DNA of 64,000 nt from Eledone cirrhosa. Its lineage: Eukaryota. Below the pieces are notes generated by a model that had not been told where the DNA came from, made no database searches, and saw nothing but the letters and a program-made list of their open reading frames with translations. The DNA lies in the NCBI GenBank assembly GCA_964016885.1, contig OZ024751.1:33976001-34040000 (forward strand), given 5' to 3'. This document shows, in pieces, positions 28,607 to 42,778 of this stretch (positions are counted from its first letter, which is position 1; each line of letters starts with the position of its first letter). Made by a program: the position numbers and the translations under genes.

Positions 28607-29198
28607 GGTGGCTGCCAACTCGTTTTCGAGTACGGCCACTATTTTATATCCATGTAGGAGAACCCCTACCGATGCGCTGAACGAGTGTGACTTTTTAGTC
28701 CAGCCAGCAACTTGAAAACTCTGGTACAAACACTACACTTGTGACAATTATTGACACATAGTACTGGGCCCATGGTACCATGTGACAAGTGCAGAGAGAT
28801 CTCCAGATATAAAGCAATACCTGTGCCGTGAAGCTTTTATAGTGAGCAAAGGCACTGCACAAAGCCAGTCCCACTCTCTTAACCAAGATGATATTTACCA
28901 AAAAGAAGAACAAGTCAACATCATTGGATACCATCAGGGTTGCAGGTGTTATATCAGAGTTTTCCTTCTCCTAGAATTCTGCCTTGACAAAGGCTAAGGG
29001 TTCATCTCGCCCGGTGATTTTGGATGGCCATTGACTCTTAAGCTCCTTTGCCCTTTGACAGGTTTTGTTTTTAGTCCTGCTGTCACCCTCCTCACCAAGA
29101 AACCTTGGTGGGGTTGCCAGTTTAGTCGCCAACGACCCGACCATGGGACAGGTTGTACTGGGATACATGTTACCAGTAGCACCAACTGGTGACCTGAC
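28607..29198 (-). mobile_element. Bipartite RTE-derived non-autonomous retroelement, copy 1
   Basis: Near-identical reverse complement of 50356-50966, with an (ATGT)n tail. Confidence 0.8.
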
Positions 29199-29903
29199 CA
29201 TGACACACATACACACATACATACATACATACATACATACATACATACATACATACATACATACATACATACATACGTACGTACATACATACATACATAC
29301 ATACATACATACATACATACATACATACATACATACATACATACATACATACATACCTAATTACATACATACATATATGCATACATACCTACCTACCTAA
29401 TTCGTAGACTACAAATGGCCGCGATATGTGGCACCTTCACAATTTGCAAAACATTCTTGCGATCAAGGGATGACAATTTCTGTTCTTTTACAGCCTTACC
29501 ACCAGGAAGGTGGCCGGTCAAAAATGTACTCGAAATTAAGAGAAAGATAACATACATGCATACATACATACCCACGTACCTACCAAACATCTTAACCTGT
29601 CTACTTAGTAACCACTCTCCCCTATATAGTAACGATTACTTTATATGGTGTGATAGTTTATTTGAAGTATTGTGGAATATGAAACTGAAAAGTCTGTCTG
29701 TTTGTTTAGAAAGGCATACAATACAAACTGAGTAGATTGTCAGTGTAATAAGTCAGAAGGGAATTGAAAGAACAAAAATTGCTAAGATAACTTTCAGTTA
29801 TTCTTCCTTTTATTTTATTTTCTCTTTTAATTCCCTTCTGACTTGTTACATTGGTAATCTCCCCTACTTGCATTGTTGGCTTTCTAAACAAACAGACTTT
29901 TCT

Positions 29904-29944
<41 letters not shown>

Positions 29945-29946
<2 letters not shown>

Positions 29947-30667
29947 CTATGGACAATTTCAAGTAATCCCTGGCTTGACCGTTCTACGGAAGGGAACTGT
30001 CAATTCGAGATAAACTCTACAGGAACGGAAGTGCGGTCGGACTGGTCCGATACGCACGCAGGGCCACTAATCTATTCGGCACACACTCGTCTAGTGCCTG
30101 TGCATTACTGACTTGTGAAATTATGTCGAAAAGCTGTTATTACCTGTAAGATGGATCCGGCTATCGACCGAGTCCATCGTGTAGATCAAACTGTCGCCTT
30201 CTATTGCCCAGGGAGGGCCGGCAGTTTATCTCTGCCTTGTGGCTGAAGTGAGGTTGTGTGATGGACGAGGAGGAAAAGACTGAAGAGATTCTTTTCTCTT
30301 TGGCCAATACTTCAACTTTTTTAATTTCTACTTGGAAACGATGATGATGGTGGAGAAGGAAGCGTTTCCCCACCCCAGGTGGGTGAATATAACGAAGATG
30401 ACCCGTGTGAGTGGGCCTACTCTGAGCATGCGCCTGTAGGATGGCTGGTTTGGAGAGGACAGGGGGTGGTCATGAAGCGTCGGGTGGCTTAGGATTGATG
30501 GGGTTCCTAAATCACCTCTGTGGGGTCTTCTCTATTGGGGAATTTGTATTATTTATTTTGTTGTTTATTATGTTATTTATTATGTACTCAACTTTTCTGT
30601 AAACACCACCACTGTATTGTCCCCTATATGTCGGCCTTTGTGACCAACAAAGGAATTATTATTATTA
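29945..30667 (+). mobile_element. Decayed L1/Tx1 LINE 3' end with (ATT)n tail
   Basis: Remnant zf-RVT-like region (RDKLYR..., HTLV*C..ITDL*NYVE, RLSTESIV, GPTLSMRL*), a T-rich UTR and an attattatt tail. Confidence 0.6.
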
Positions 30668-33600
30668 GTGAGGGTAATAGAGGGCAAAATAAGTAGGTCA
30701 TCGGGCAAAAACCCCTTGCAGTGTTTAGTAATTTCTTCTTACTTCAATATTTATAATTATATTTTCGCATTCGTTTAATACATTATTCTCTATTAGATTA
30801 CATTCAATGCAATGCTCCTTCCAAATATGGCCACATAAAACAGCCCCCTCCCACGCTATATATTTATGATATTGTGCCTATATTAGAAATCCTAGCTATT
30901 ACTATTAGGTTGGCTGAAGTTTAGGAGCAATGTTAGAACATCAAACAAAACGTTTTACGGCATTTATTCCAGCTCTTCGCGATTTATGATCAACTCCCGC
31001 CAGACTATTTGATTCATAGCTTATACTTTTGTCCTACGTTTCTAGTTCGAAACACGACAGGATTTGCTTTTTACCTTTCACTTTTCCCTGTAGGGGTAGG
31101 GTTGTTTTATTTAATACAACCCTCTTTACCTTATTCTTAATATTACAATGTGTACTTTAGTCTTAACTTTACAATTTTAATATCAACCTTTAAATTAAAG
31201 TTTTGACAATACCTTGCTCTTAACATTACAGTCATAAAATAAGTCATATTATTCTTAGCATAGCAGTCTTAATATTAGTCTAACAGCCTAAACGTTAGTC
31301 ATAACATTATTCTTGATATCAGTCATAACATTAGTCTTATTATTAGTCTTAGTATAACATACACAATGTTAGTTCTAATATAACAGCCTAAACGTTAGTC
31401 TCAATATTACAATTTTAACCATTAACGATCTGTTTATACAATTTCCCCTCAGACAAAATCATTTTGTGCAAGTCTTTTCTCCATTGCATAATTTTGTCTT
31501 TAATGTTTTTCTATTTCTTTATTTTTTTACATTTTATTTCCTCATAATGCAATGGACGAGATGTAAATTTTGGCAGATTTGAATATCTGCATATTGTTGG
31601 CAAATTGAGCTTTTCTCGGCGTCGTTGTTGTTCTTCTTCTTGTTGTAGATTGAATATTTTTCTCATTTTATTTTATCTTAGATTAGTTGTTTGTTTATTT
31701 TTTCACTTTTTGTCAGACTATATTGAAATATATTTTTAACATTGTATTTATTTTCTTTACTGGTTTCAGTCACTGTACTTTGGCCAGGCTGGGGCAAGGT
31801 CTTGAAGGATTTTTAGTTGATCATATCGATTCCAGTAATTTTTGTTTTTGGTTTTGTTTTTTATGTTTTCGTTTTCTTCAGGTCTGGTACTTTAGCAATC
31901 TCTGTTTGTCGAAGCACTATGTTAGGCGACTATAAAACAGAAAATATAGAAATATTGATGGTGGATTTAGAAAATTTTCAATACAAAATTCGAAGAAAAA
32001 TTCTCCTCGAATATGAAAATGTGTGTTTGTTTTTGCAATATGGTTGTGTGTGTGTATGTATTGGTGAGACTATAGGCGTGTATGTGTGGTTGTGTGTGTA
32101 TAAATGACTGTAAGTGTGGGTGTGCATATAACTATATGCATGTATATGACTATATATGACTGTATGATTATATGCCTGTATTATTGTGTATAGCTATATG
32201 AGTGTATCGTTATGGGTGTGTGGCGATATGTATGTGCGTGTGTGACTGTGTGTGACATGTATATGTGAGTACAAATATGTGTGTGTCTCCCATCGATTTA
32301 AGGTCGTTACAAGATGTCATGTTAGTAAATGAATTGTTTTCTGTGATTAAATGTTGTGGCTGTGACGTGTATGTTGTTATTGCTGTTGCTGTTGTTGTTG
32401 TTGTTGATGTTGTTACTGTTGTTCATGTTGTTGGTGTTACTGTTGTTCATGTTGTTGATGTTACTGTTGTTGTTGTTCATATTGATGTCTGTGGTTTTCT
32501 CTTCGATATTTCTCGTATTTGTTGTTGTTATTGTTGTTATTCTTTCGTAAACGTAGCCATAATGGTGTTGGTGGAGGAGTACCTTTCATTGGTTCGAAGG
32601 CGGTCATGAATACACTTATATATGTGTGTGTATATATATATATATATATGAGAGAGAGAGCGCGTGTTTGTGTGTCTGTATGTGTATATATATATATATA
32701 CACATATATACACGTATATGTATATTGTAATATATATATACATAGATAGAGAGAGGGGGCTAAACTTTAAGTGTTGAGTAAATTGAAATTCTTAGAAAAG
32801 GTAGAAATGTGAAACAGAGAAACTAACTATAGCCACAGTTGATTGATATCAACAACAGTGTGAACATTAGGCTAAAATACCCCTATAGATGAAACATGTG
32901 GTCTGGACATGCTACAAGGATTCGATCTTTCGGAATTGGAGAGGTGTGACATTCTTTTCTTCGTAGCAGCTGCTGGCTATATTTTTAGTCTGTAGGTGTA
33001 TTTTACCCGATTTTTCTAAGCTACTATTTATAGCAATCGACTGTGTTTATAATTATTATCTGGGTTTAATAGTTCTATATTGTATGTGTGTATATATAAA
33101 TATGTGTGTGTGTATATATAAATATGTGCGTGTGTGTGTTATAGTTCCTTTTTACTTTTACGTATTTAACCCTCATAAATCTCCCTATTCATCAAAATTT
33201 CAACTTTTTGTGAGGTCAAATTCCTGTTTTATAATTCACCACATTGATATTGTTTACTAATCCGTTAAACTCTCATTGTTTATAATTTTAGATAACCTCC
33301 CTACACATCTGTCACCCTTTCCTTTCCATGTTCCTCATAAAATGATATTGCCTATGATTTCAGAAAACATTTTGAAAATAATCGCGTTGAGTAAAATAAC
33401 TTATTTTTTCATTGTTATGCTGACGTTTAGAGCATAACTTAAACATTTTTACATAAAATTATGATAGATATTTCGATAAATATAAAAGTGTAAAACAAAC
33501 AGTTTTATATTTGATTGAAGGCTTTATAGATAAATATAAAAAAATAAAATTAAATCCATTTCGTTGAAGCATGGGCGGTTTCAGGCGATTTGCTATCAAA

Positions 33601-34084
33601 AGGGTTAAATACTAATTGTATGAAAGCTAATGATTGGGAAGTAATGTGTATTGTTTTAATTTATTCAACTGAACATTCTTCACATCTCTCTGAAGTTTTC
33701 AAAAACGAAAAAACATGAAAAAAAATAGATTGTAAAACGAAATTATTCATCTACACAGCTATCGGGCTGTTGACGTAGAGTGGCGGAGAATGGCGGAGAA
33801 TTGTGGAGAATGGTAACGTCATCTGATTGGCTAAAAGTCTGACATGCTGCAGCAACACTGCCACTGCTGTTGGTAGAGATTTCAATGTACCAGTTGGCCT
33901 TCGGGCCATCGAAATAAACAGTTCAATTTTCTGTTATTGTTGTTGTTTGTGATGGTGTTTGGTGGTGGGGGGTTGTAGTTGTTGCTGGTGTTGTTTTGTT
34001 ATGGTGGTGGTGGTAAAACTGACCTTTAGAGGTGGAAGAGAAAAATAATATAACTTATCATTGCTTGATAGTCTCCCTACACAC

Positions 34085-34138
<54 letters not shown>

Positions 34139-34609
34139 TAATAATAGAGGTACAGAGAGGTATGTATGTAAATATATATGTATCTGCCAGCTTGTGTATA
34201 TGTATACATATATATGAATGCGTCTTACTGTTACATTGGCAGTTGGTTGTTATGAAAGAGAGAGAGAGTGGGGAGACAATGAACAGCTAGGACAACAATT
34301 TTATTCTTGGTGAAATCAATTGTGCCAGTTTATGAGTGGAACATTCCATGAAATGGTTCCTGGAAGAATGAAGTCTTTGCTAAAGATTAAAACAGATTCT
34401 TCACATGTCTTGCTTGATTGGGAAATAGAGATGTTGTGGTGGGAGAGAAGGGGGTTGTGGTGAGGAGGGGGAGATCCGTGAGGGAATGATAATTGTAGAT
34501 TGAGATGGGCAAGGGAGTAAGAGAGGGGAAAGCAATTGAGGAAATATTACATATATATATATATAGGGAGGGAGAGAGCGTGAGAGAGAATGAAAGAGAG
34601 AGGGAGATC

Positions 34610-37600
34610 TGTTGGTGGTGGTGGTGATGATGCTATGGCTACTGCTGTTGGTGGTGGTGATGGTGTTATGGCTACTGTTGTTGGTGGTGGTGATGGTGTT
34701 ATGACTACTGTTGTTGGTGGTGGTGATGGTGTTATGGCTACTGTTGTTGGTGGTGGTGATGGTGTTATGACTACTGTTGTTGGTGGTGGTGATGGTGTTA
34801 TGGCTACTGTTGTTGGTGGTGGTGATGGTGTTATGGCTACTGTTGTTGGTGGTGGTGATGGTGTTATGACTACTGTTGTTGGTGGTGGTGATGGTGTTAT
34901 GGCTACTGTTGTTGGTGGTGGTGATGGTGTTATGACTACTGTTGTTGGTGGTGGTGATGGTGTTATGGCTACTGTTGTTGGTGGTGGTGATGGTGTTATG
35001 ACTACTGTTGTTGGTGGTGGTGATGGTGTTATGGCTACTGTTGTTGGTGGTGGTGATGGTGTTATGGCTACTGTTGTTGGTGGTGGTGATGGTGTTATGA
35101 CTACTGTTGTTGGTGGTGGTGATGGTGTTATGGCTACTGTTGTTGGTGGTGGTGATGGTGCTATGGCTACTGTTGTTGGTGGTGGTGATGGTGTTATGAC
35201 TACTGTTGTTGGTGGTGGTGATGGTGTTATGGCTACTGTTGTTGGTGGTGGTGATGGTGTTATGACTACTGTTGTTGGTGGTGGTGATGGTGTTATGGCT
35301 ACTGTTGTTGGTGGTGGTGATGGTGTTATGACTACTGTTGTTGGTGGTGGTGATGGTGTTATGGCTACTGTTGTTGGTGGTGGTGATGGTGTTATGACTA
35401 CTGTTGTTGGTGGTGGTGATGGTGTTATGGCTACTGTTGTTGGTGGTGGTGATGGTGTTATGACTACTGTTGTTGGTGGTGGTGATGGTGTTATGGCTAC
35501 TGTTGTTGGTGGTGGTGATGGTGTTATGGCTACTGTTGTTGGTGGTGGTGATGGTGTTATGACTACTGTTGTTGGTGGTGGTGATGGTGTTATGGCTACT
35601 GTTGTTGGTGGTGGTGATGGTGTTATGACTACTGTTGTTGGTGGTGGTGATGGTGTTATGACTACTGTTGTTGGTGGTGGTGATGGTGTTATGGCTACTG
35701 TTGTTGGTGGTGGTGATGGTGTTATGACTACTGTTGTTGGTGGTGGTGATGGTGTTATGGCTACTGTTGTTGGTGGTGGTGATGGTGTTATGGCTACTGT
35801 TGTTGGTGGTGGTGATGGTGTTATGGCTACTGTTGTTGGTGGTGGTGATGGTGTTATGGCTACTGTTGTTGGTGGTGGTGATGGTGTTATGGCTACTGTT
35901 GTTGGTGGTGGTGATGGTGTTATGACTACTGTTGTTGGTGGTGGTGATGGTGTTATGGCTACTGTTGTTGGTGGTGGTGATGGTGTTATGGCTACTGTTG
36001 TTGGTGGTGGTGATGGTGTTATGACTACTGTTGTTGGTGGTGATGGTGCTATGACTACTGCTGTTGGTGGTGGTGATGGTGTTATGACTACTGTTGTTGG
36101 TGGTGGTGATGGTGTTATGGCTACTGTTGTTGGTGGTGGTGATGGTGTTATGGCTACTGTTGTTGGTGGTGGTGATGGTGTTATGACTACTGCTGTTGGT
36201 GGTGGTGATGGTGTTATGGCTACTGTTGTTGGTGGTGGTGATGGTGTTATGGCTACTGTTGTTGGTGGTGGTGATGGTGTTATGACTACTGTTGTTGGTG
36301 GTGGTGATGGTGTTATGGCTACTGTTGTTGGTGGTGGTGATGGTGTTATGACTACTGTTGTTGGTGGTGGTGATGGTGTTATGGCTACTGTTGTTGGTGG
36401 TGGTGATGGTGTTATGACTACTGCTGTTGGTGGTGGTGATGGTGTTATGACTACTGTTGTTGGTGGTGGTGGTGCTATGACTACTGCTGTTGGTGGTGGT
36501 GATGGTGCTATGGCTACTGTTGTTGGTGGTGATGGTGCTATGACTACTGCTGTTGGTGGTGGTGATGGTGTTATGGCTACTGTTGTTGGTGGTGGTGATG
36601 GTGTTATGACTACTGCTGTTGGTGGTGATGGTGTTATGGCTACTGTTGTTGGTGGTGGTGATGGTGCTATGACTACTGTTGTTGGTGGTGGTGATGGTGT
36701 TATGACTACTGCTGTTGGTGGTGATGGTGTTATGGCTACTGTTGTTGGTGGTGGTGATGGTGCTATGACTACTGTTGTTGGTGGTGGTGATGGTGTTATG
36801 GCTACTGTTGTTGGTGGTGGTGATGGTGTTATGACTACTGCTGTTGGTGGTGGTGATGGTGTTATGACTACTGTTGTTGGTGGTGGTGGTGCTATGACTA
36901 CTGCTGTTGGTGGTGGTGATGGTGCTATGGCTACTGTTGTTGGTGGTGATGGTGCTATGACTACTGCTGTTGGTGGTGGTGATGGTGTTATGGCTACTGT
37001 TGTTGGTGGTGGTGATGGTGTTATGACTACTGCTGTTGGTGGTGATGGTGTTATGGCTACTGTTGTTGGTGATGGTGATGGTGCTATGACTACTGTTGTT
37101 GGTGGTGGTGATGGTGTTATGACTACTGCTGTTGGTGGTGATGGTGTTATGGCTACTGTTGTTGGTGGTGGTGATGGTGCTATGACTACTGTTGTTGGTG
37201 GTGGTGATGGTGTTATGACTACTGCTGTTGGTGGTGATGGTGTTATGGCTACTGTTGTTGGTGGTGGTGATGGTGCTATGACTACTGTTGTTGGTGGTGG
37301 TGATGGTGTTATGGCTACTGTTGTTGGTGGTGGTGATGGTGTTATGACTACTGCTGTTGGTGGTGGTGATGGTGTTATGACTACTGTTGTTGGTGGTGGT
37401 GGTGCTATGACTACTGCTGTTGGTGGTGGTGATGGTGCTATGGCTACTGTTGTTGGTGGTGATGGTGCTATGACTACTGCTGTTGGTGGTGGTGATGGTG
37501 TTATGGCTACTGTTGTTGGTGGTGGTGATGGTGTTATGACTACTGCTGTTGGTGGTGATGGTGTTATGGCTACTGTTGTTGGTGATGGTGATGGTGTTAT

Positions 37601-40570
37601 GACTACTGTTGTTGGTGGTGGTGATGGTGTTATGGCTACTGTTGTTGGTGGTGGTGATGGTGTTATGACTACTGCTGTTGGTGGTGGTGATGGTGTTATG
37701 ACTACTGTTGTTGGTGGTGGTGGTGCTATGACTACTGCTGTTGGTGGTGGTGATGGTGCTATGGCTACTGTTGTTGGTGGTGATGGTGCTATGACTACTG
37801 CTGTTGGTGGTGGTGATGGTGTTATGGCTACTGTTGTTGGTGGTGGTGATGGTGTTATGACTACTGTTGTTGGTGGTGATGGTGCTATGACTACTGCTGT
37901 TGGTGGTGGTGATGGTGTTATGACTACTGTTGTTGGTGGTGGTGATGGTGTTATGGCTACTGTTGTTGGTGGTGGTGATGGTGTTATGGCTACTGTTGTT
38001 GGTGGTGGTGATGGTGTTATGACTACTGCTGTTGGTGGTGGTGATGGTGTTATGACTACTGTTGTTGGTGGTGGTGGTGCTATGACTACTGCTGTTGGTG
38101 GTGGTGATGGTGCTATGGCTACTGTTGTTGGTGGTGATGGTGCTATGACTACTGCTGTTGGTGGTGGTGATGGTGTTATGGCTACTGTTGTTGGTGGTGG
38201 TGATGGTGTTATGACTACTACTGTTGGTGGTGATGGTGTTATGGCTACTGTTGTTGGTGATGGTGATGGTGTTATGACTACTGTTGTTGGTGGTGGTGAT
38301 GGTGCTATGGCTACTGTTGTTGGTGGTGATGGTGCTATGGCTACTGTTGTTGGTGATGGTGATGGTGTTATGACTACTGCTGTTGGTGGTGATGGTGCTA
38401 TGACTACTGCTGTTGGTGGTGGTGATGGTGCTATGGCTACTGCTGTTGGTGGTGGTGATGGTGCTATGACTACTGCTGTTGGTGGTGGTGATGGTGCTAT
38501 GACTACTGCTGTTGGTGGTGGTGATGGTGTTATGACTACTGCTGTTGGTGGTGGTGATGGTGCTATGACTACTGCTGTTGGTGGTGGTGATGGTGTTATG
38601 GCTACTGTTGTTGGTGGTGGTGATGGTGCTATGACTACTGCTGTTGGTGGTGATGGTGTTATGGCTACTGTTGTTGGTGATGGTGATGGTGTTATGACTA
38701 CTGTTGTTGGTGGTGGTGATGGTGCTATGGCTACTGTTGTTGGTGGTGATGGTGCTATGGCTACTGTTGTTGGTGGTGATGGTGCTATGGCTACTGTTGT
38801 TGGTGATGGTGATGGTGTTATGACTACTGCTGTTGGTGGTGATGGTGCTATGACTACTGCTGTTGGTGGTGGTGATGGTGCTATGGCTACTGCTGTTGGT
38901 GGTGGTGATGGTGCTATGACTACTGCTGTTGGTGGTGGTGATGGTGCTATGACTACTGCTGTTGGTGGTGGTGATGGTGTTATGACTACTGCTGTTGGTG
39001 GTGGTGATGGTGCTATGACTACTGCTGTTGGTGGTGGTGATGGTGTTATGGCTACTGTTGTTGGTGGTGGTGATGGTGCTATGACTACTGCTGTTGGTGG
39101 TGGTGATGGTGTTATGGCTACTGTTGTTGGTGGTGGTGATGGTGTTATGACTACTGCTGTTGGTGGTGATGGTGTTATGGCTACTGTTGTTGGTGATGGT
39201 GATGGTGTTATGACTACTGTTGTTGGTGGTGGTGATGGTGCTATGGCTACTGTTGTTGGTGGTGATGGTGCTATGGCTACTGTTGTTGGTGGTGATGGTG
39301 CTATGGCTACTGTTGTTGGTGATGGTGATGGTGTTATGACTACTGCTGTTGGTGGTGATGGTGCTATGACTACTGCTGTTGGTGGTGGTGATGGTGCTAT
39401 GGCTACTGTTGTTGGTGGTGATGGTGCTATGACTACTGCTGTTGGTGGTGGTGATGGTGTTATGGCTACTGTTGTTGGTGGTGGTGATGGTGTTATGACT
39501 ACTGCTGTTGGTGGTGGTGATGGTGTTATGACTACTGTTGTTGGTGGTGGTGATGGTGTTATGGCTACTGTTGTTGGTGGTGGTGATGGTGTTATGACTA
39601 CTGCTGTTGGTGGTGATGGTGTTATGGCTACTGTTGTTGGTGGTGGTGATGGTGCTATGACTACTGCTGTTGGTGGTGGTGATGGTGCTATGGCTACTGT
39701 TGTTGGTGGTGGTGATGGTGTTATGACTACTGCTGTTGGTGGTGGTGATGGTGCTATGACTACTGTTGTTGGTGGTGGTGATGGTGCTATGGCTACTGTT
39801 GTTGGTGGTGGTGATGGTGTTATGACTACTGCTGTTGGTGGTGATGGTGTTATGGCTACTGTTGTTGGTGGTGGTGATGGTGTTATGACTACTGTTGTTG
39901 GTGGTGATGGTGTTATGGCTACTGTTGTTGGTGGTGGTGATGGTGTTATGACTACTGCTGTTGGTGTTGGTGGTGATGGTGTTATGGCTACTGTTGTTGG
40001 TGGTGGTGATGGTGTTATGACTACTGTTGTTGGTGGTGGTGATGGTGCTATGACTACTGCTGTTGGTGGTGGTGATGGTGTTATGACTACTGTTGTTGGT
40101 GGTGGTGATGGTGCTATGACTACTGCTGTTTGTGGTGGTGATGGTGCTATGGCTACTGTTGTTGGTGGTGGTGATGGTGTTATGACTACTGCTGTTGGTG
40201 GTGATGGTGTTATGGCTACTGTTGTTGGTGGTGGTGATGGTGCTATGACTACTGCTGTTGGTGGTGGTGATGGTGCTATGGCTACTGTTGTTGGTGGTGG
40301 TGATGGTGCTATGGCTACTGCTGTTGGTGGTGGTGATGGTGTTATGACTACTGCTGTTGGTGGTGATGGTGCTATGACTACTGCTGTTGGTGGTGGTGAT
40401 GGTGCTATGACTACTGCTGTTGGTGGTGGTGATGGTGTTATGGCTACTGTTGTTGGTGGTGGTGATGGTGCTATGGCTACTGCTGTTGGTGGTGGTGATG
40501 GTGTTATGACTACTGCTGTTGGTGGTGATGGTGCTATGACTACTGCTGTTGGTGGTGGTGATGGTGCTAA
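34610..40570. repeat. ~6-kb minisatellite, 33-bp unit (30-bp variants), ~180 copies
   Basis: Unit ggtggtggtgatggtg(t/c)tatg(g/a)ctactg(t/c)tgtt. It is the source of the 2004-aa and 2068-aa ORFs. Confidence 0.97.
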
Positions 40571-41129
40571 CAGTTCGGTTTATTGGAGGTGGAGGTGGTG
40601 CTAACACTTCCGTTTATCGGTGGAGGTGGTGGTGGTGCTAACAGTTCGGTTTATTGGAGGTGGAGGTGGTGCTAACACTTCCGTTTATCGGTGGAGGTGG
40701 TGGTGGTGCTAACAGTTCGGTTTATCAGTTATGTCCTGCTGTCTTTAATTTCCGAAGACATAATTAGATTAATCCGTTTCTCTGTATCGATCCCGAAATT
40801 TCGGAAGGTTTATTCTGTGATCTTATCGATAGCAATTGCTTTGCTAACAGGCTATCATCATCATCATTATCACTAACATCATCATCACCACCATCACTAG
40901 CATAATCACTATTATCATCACTATCACCATCATCGCCGTCATTACTATCATCTTCATCATCAACGCTGACATCATCATCATCAGCATCTTTTTCTTCTTC
41001 TTCGCAGTTTCCTCCTCCCCCTCCTCCTCCTACAAGAAACAACAGCCGCCCATTTTGTTTGTTGTTCGCCGTCGATCAATGACTTTTAAAGTTGAAGGTC
41101 AGCGTATTTCATTGTAGCCAAGGTTACAC

Positions 41130-41338
41130 GAGAGACAGTGTGAGAGAGAGGCAGTGTGTGTGTGAGAGAGAGAGACAGTGTGTGTGAGAGAGAAGCAGTG
41201 TGTGTGTGAGAGAGAGAGACAGTGTGTGTGAGAGAGAGGCAGTGTGTGTGAGAGAGAGAAGCAGTGTGTGTGAGCGAGAGAGACAGTGTGTGAGAGAGAG
41301 AGAGGCAGTGTGTGAGAGTGAGACAGTGTGTGAGAGAC

Positions 41339-41380
<42 letters not shown>

Positions 41381-41400
41381 TGTGTGAGAGTGAGTGTGTT
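41130..41400. repeat. Compound (GA)n-cag-(TG)n minisatellite
   Basis: Repeated gagagagacagtgtgtgt units. Confidence 0.85.
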
Positions 41401-42155
41401 TAGAGAGATGGAGAGTGTGTGAGTATAATAGAAAGTGAGGAGAGATAAAGATGGAGAGACAGACAGACAGATAGACAGACAGTGTGTGTATGTGTTTATG
41501 TCTGTGTGAGATAGAGTAAAAGTGAGAAAGAAGTGAGAGCAAAAGTGGTGAAACTTGATGGTTTAAATAGTTCTGCGAAAGTTTCATTAGACAATGTTAA
41601 TTATGAATTGTAATTGGAATGGATGGTTGGTTGGCTGGATGGTTGGTTGGCTGGATGGTTGGTAAACAGATGATATGAGAAGACATGTAGGAGAGGAAAC
41701 GACTTTATGGGATGCATTGTCTGGTTTACAGTTTGAGGCGAACCCGAGGTGTGTGTGTGTGAGAGAGAGAGAGAGACAAAAAGCAACAATAAACAATCTC
41801 CCAGTAATACCAGATTCTTCGTTTTATCATTCGTGCATAGTATATGAAGATTTCTAGGTGTTCCAACTCGTGAAGAACCTACATATAACTGTCCATGGAT
41901 AAAAAGAGATTATCTTGTATTCAATCCTAGGACTTTGAAACTCTGAGCCTGAAGTTTATTTATGGTCATAGCAAAACTGGCTGTAACACGAAACTGAAGT
42001 CTTGAGAATTTGAATGGCAGCTCGGAAGAGGAAGAGATAAGAGAAATCTTGGGAATAAATGCATTTTATTCCTTGATGATTATCTCCAAGAATGTGTCCG
42101 TGTGTATATATACTTATATATATATATATACACGTCCGTGTGTATATATTCTTAC

Positions 42156-42246
<91 letters not shown>

Positions 42247-42288
42247 TATAAATCTGTGTGTAAGGTTGCTTGCGTGTGCATGTGTTTA

Positions 42289-42390
42289 TATAGGGTGTCT
42301 CAAAAAATGTATACACACTTTGATTGCCTGTACAGGCAATATTTCTAAGAATGCTGTTGTGTGTATGCATTTTTGTGGGACACCCCGTAT
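42289..42390. mobile_element. Tc1/mariner-type MITE, copy 2
   Basis: Same internal sequence as 9567-9666, TIR ...gggacaccccg, TA flanks. Confidence 0.7.
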
Positions 42391-42543
42391 TTGACTGTTT
42401 GTTTGTGTGTATTATCCTTTAGGTTCTTTGTGTGTGCGTGTGTACGTTTGCGTGTGTTTTAATCAGAATATTTCCGAGAATTTGATGAAGAAAATATATT
42501 GCTGCATATCATTAGTATTGTTGTTGTTATTAACATCATTAAA

Positions 42544-42778
42544 AGCGGTGGATTGGTAGAATCGGCGGAGCGTCGAACACTATGCTTTGCGGCACAGAGT
42601 TATGGCCCTTACGTTCTGAGTTCAAATTCCGCCGAGGTTAGCTTTGCCTTTCATCCTTACGGGGTCGATAAAATAAAGCACCATTAATGCACTGGGGTCG
42701 ATTAAATCGACTTTCCCCTCCCCTTCAAATGTCTGGCCTTGTGCCTAAAGTAGAAATTATTATTATTATTATTATTAT
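42544..42778 (+). mobile_element. Full-length Meta-core tRNA SINE with (ATT)n tail
   Basis: A-box tggtagaatcgg, B-box gagttcaaattcc and core gcctttcatccttacggggtcgataaaataa. Confidence 0.85.

Noticed and set aside
25411-33608. TTAA-CCCTT ... AAGGG-TTAA as ends of one 8-kb piggyBac
   Set aside because: Match is only ~10 bp with no transposase between; more likely separate MITE remnants or chance.
33810-33835. Promoter (CRE half-site acgtca plus ATTGG box)
   Set aside because: Short motifs are expected by chance and there is no other TSS evidence.
34401-40607. 2068-aa and 2004-aa ORFs as real genes
   Set aside because: Almost entirely a triplet-structured minisatellite with no signal peptide or unique domain; kept only as a repeat and a finding.
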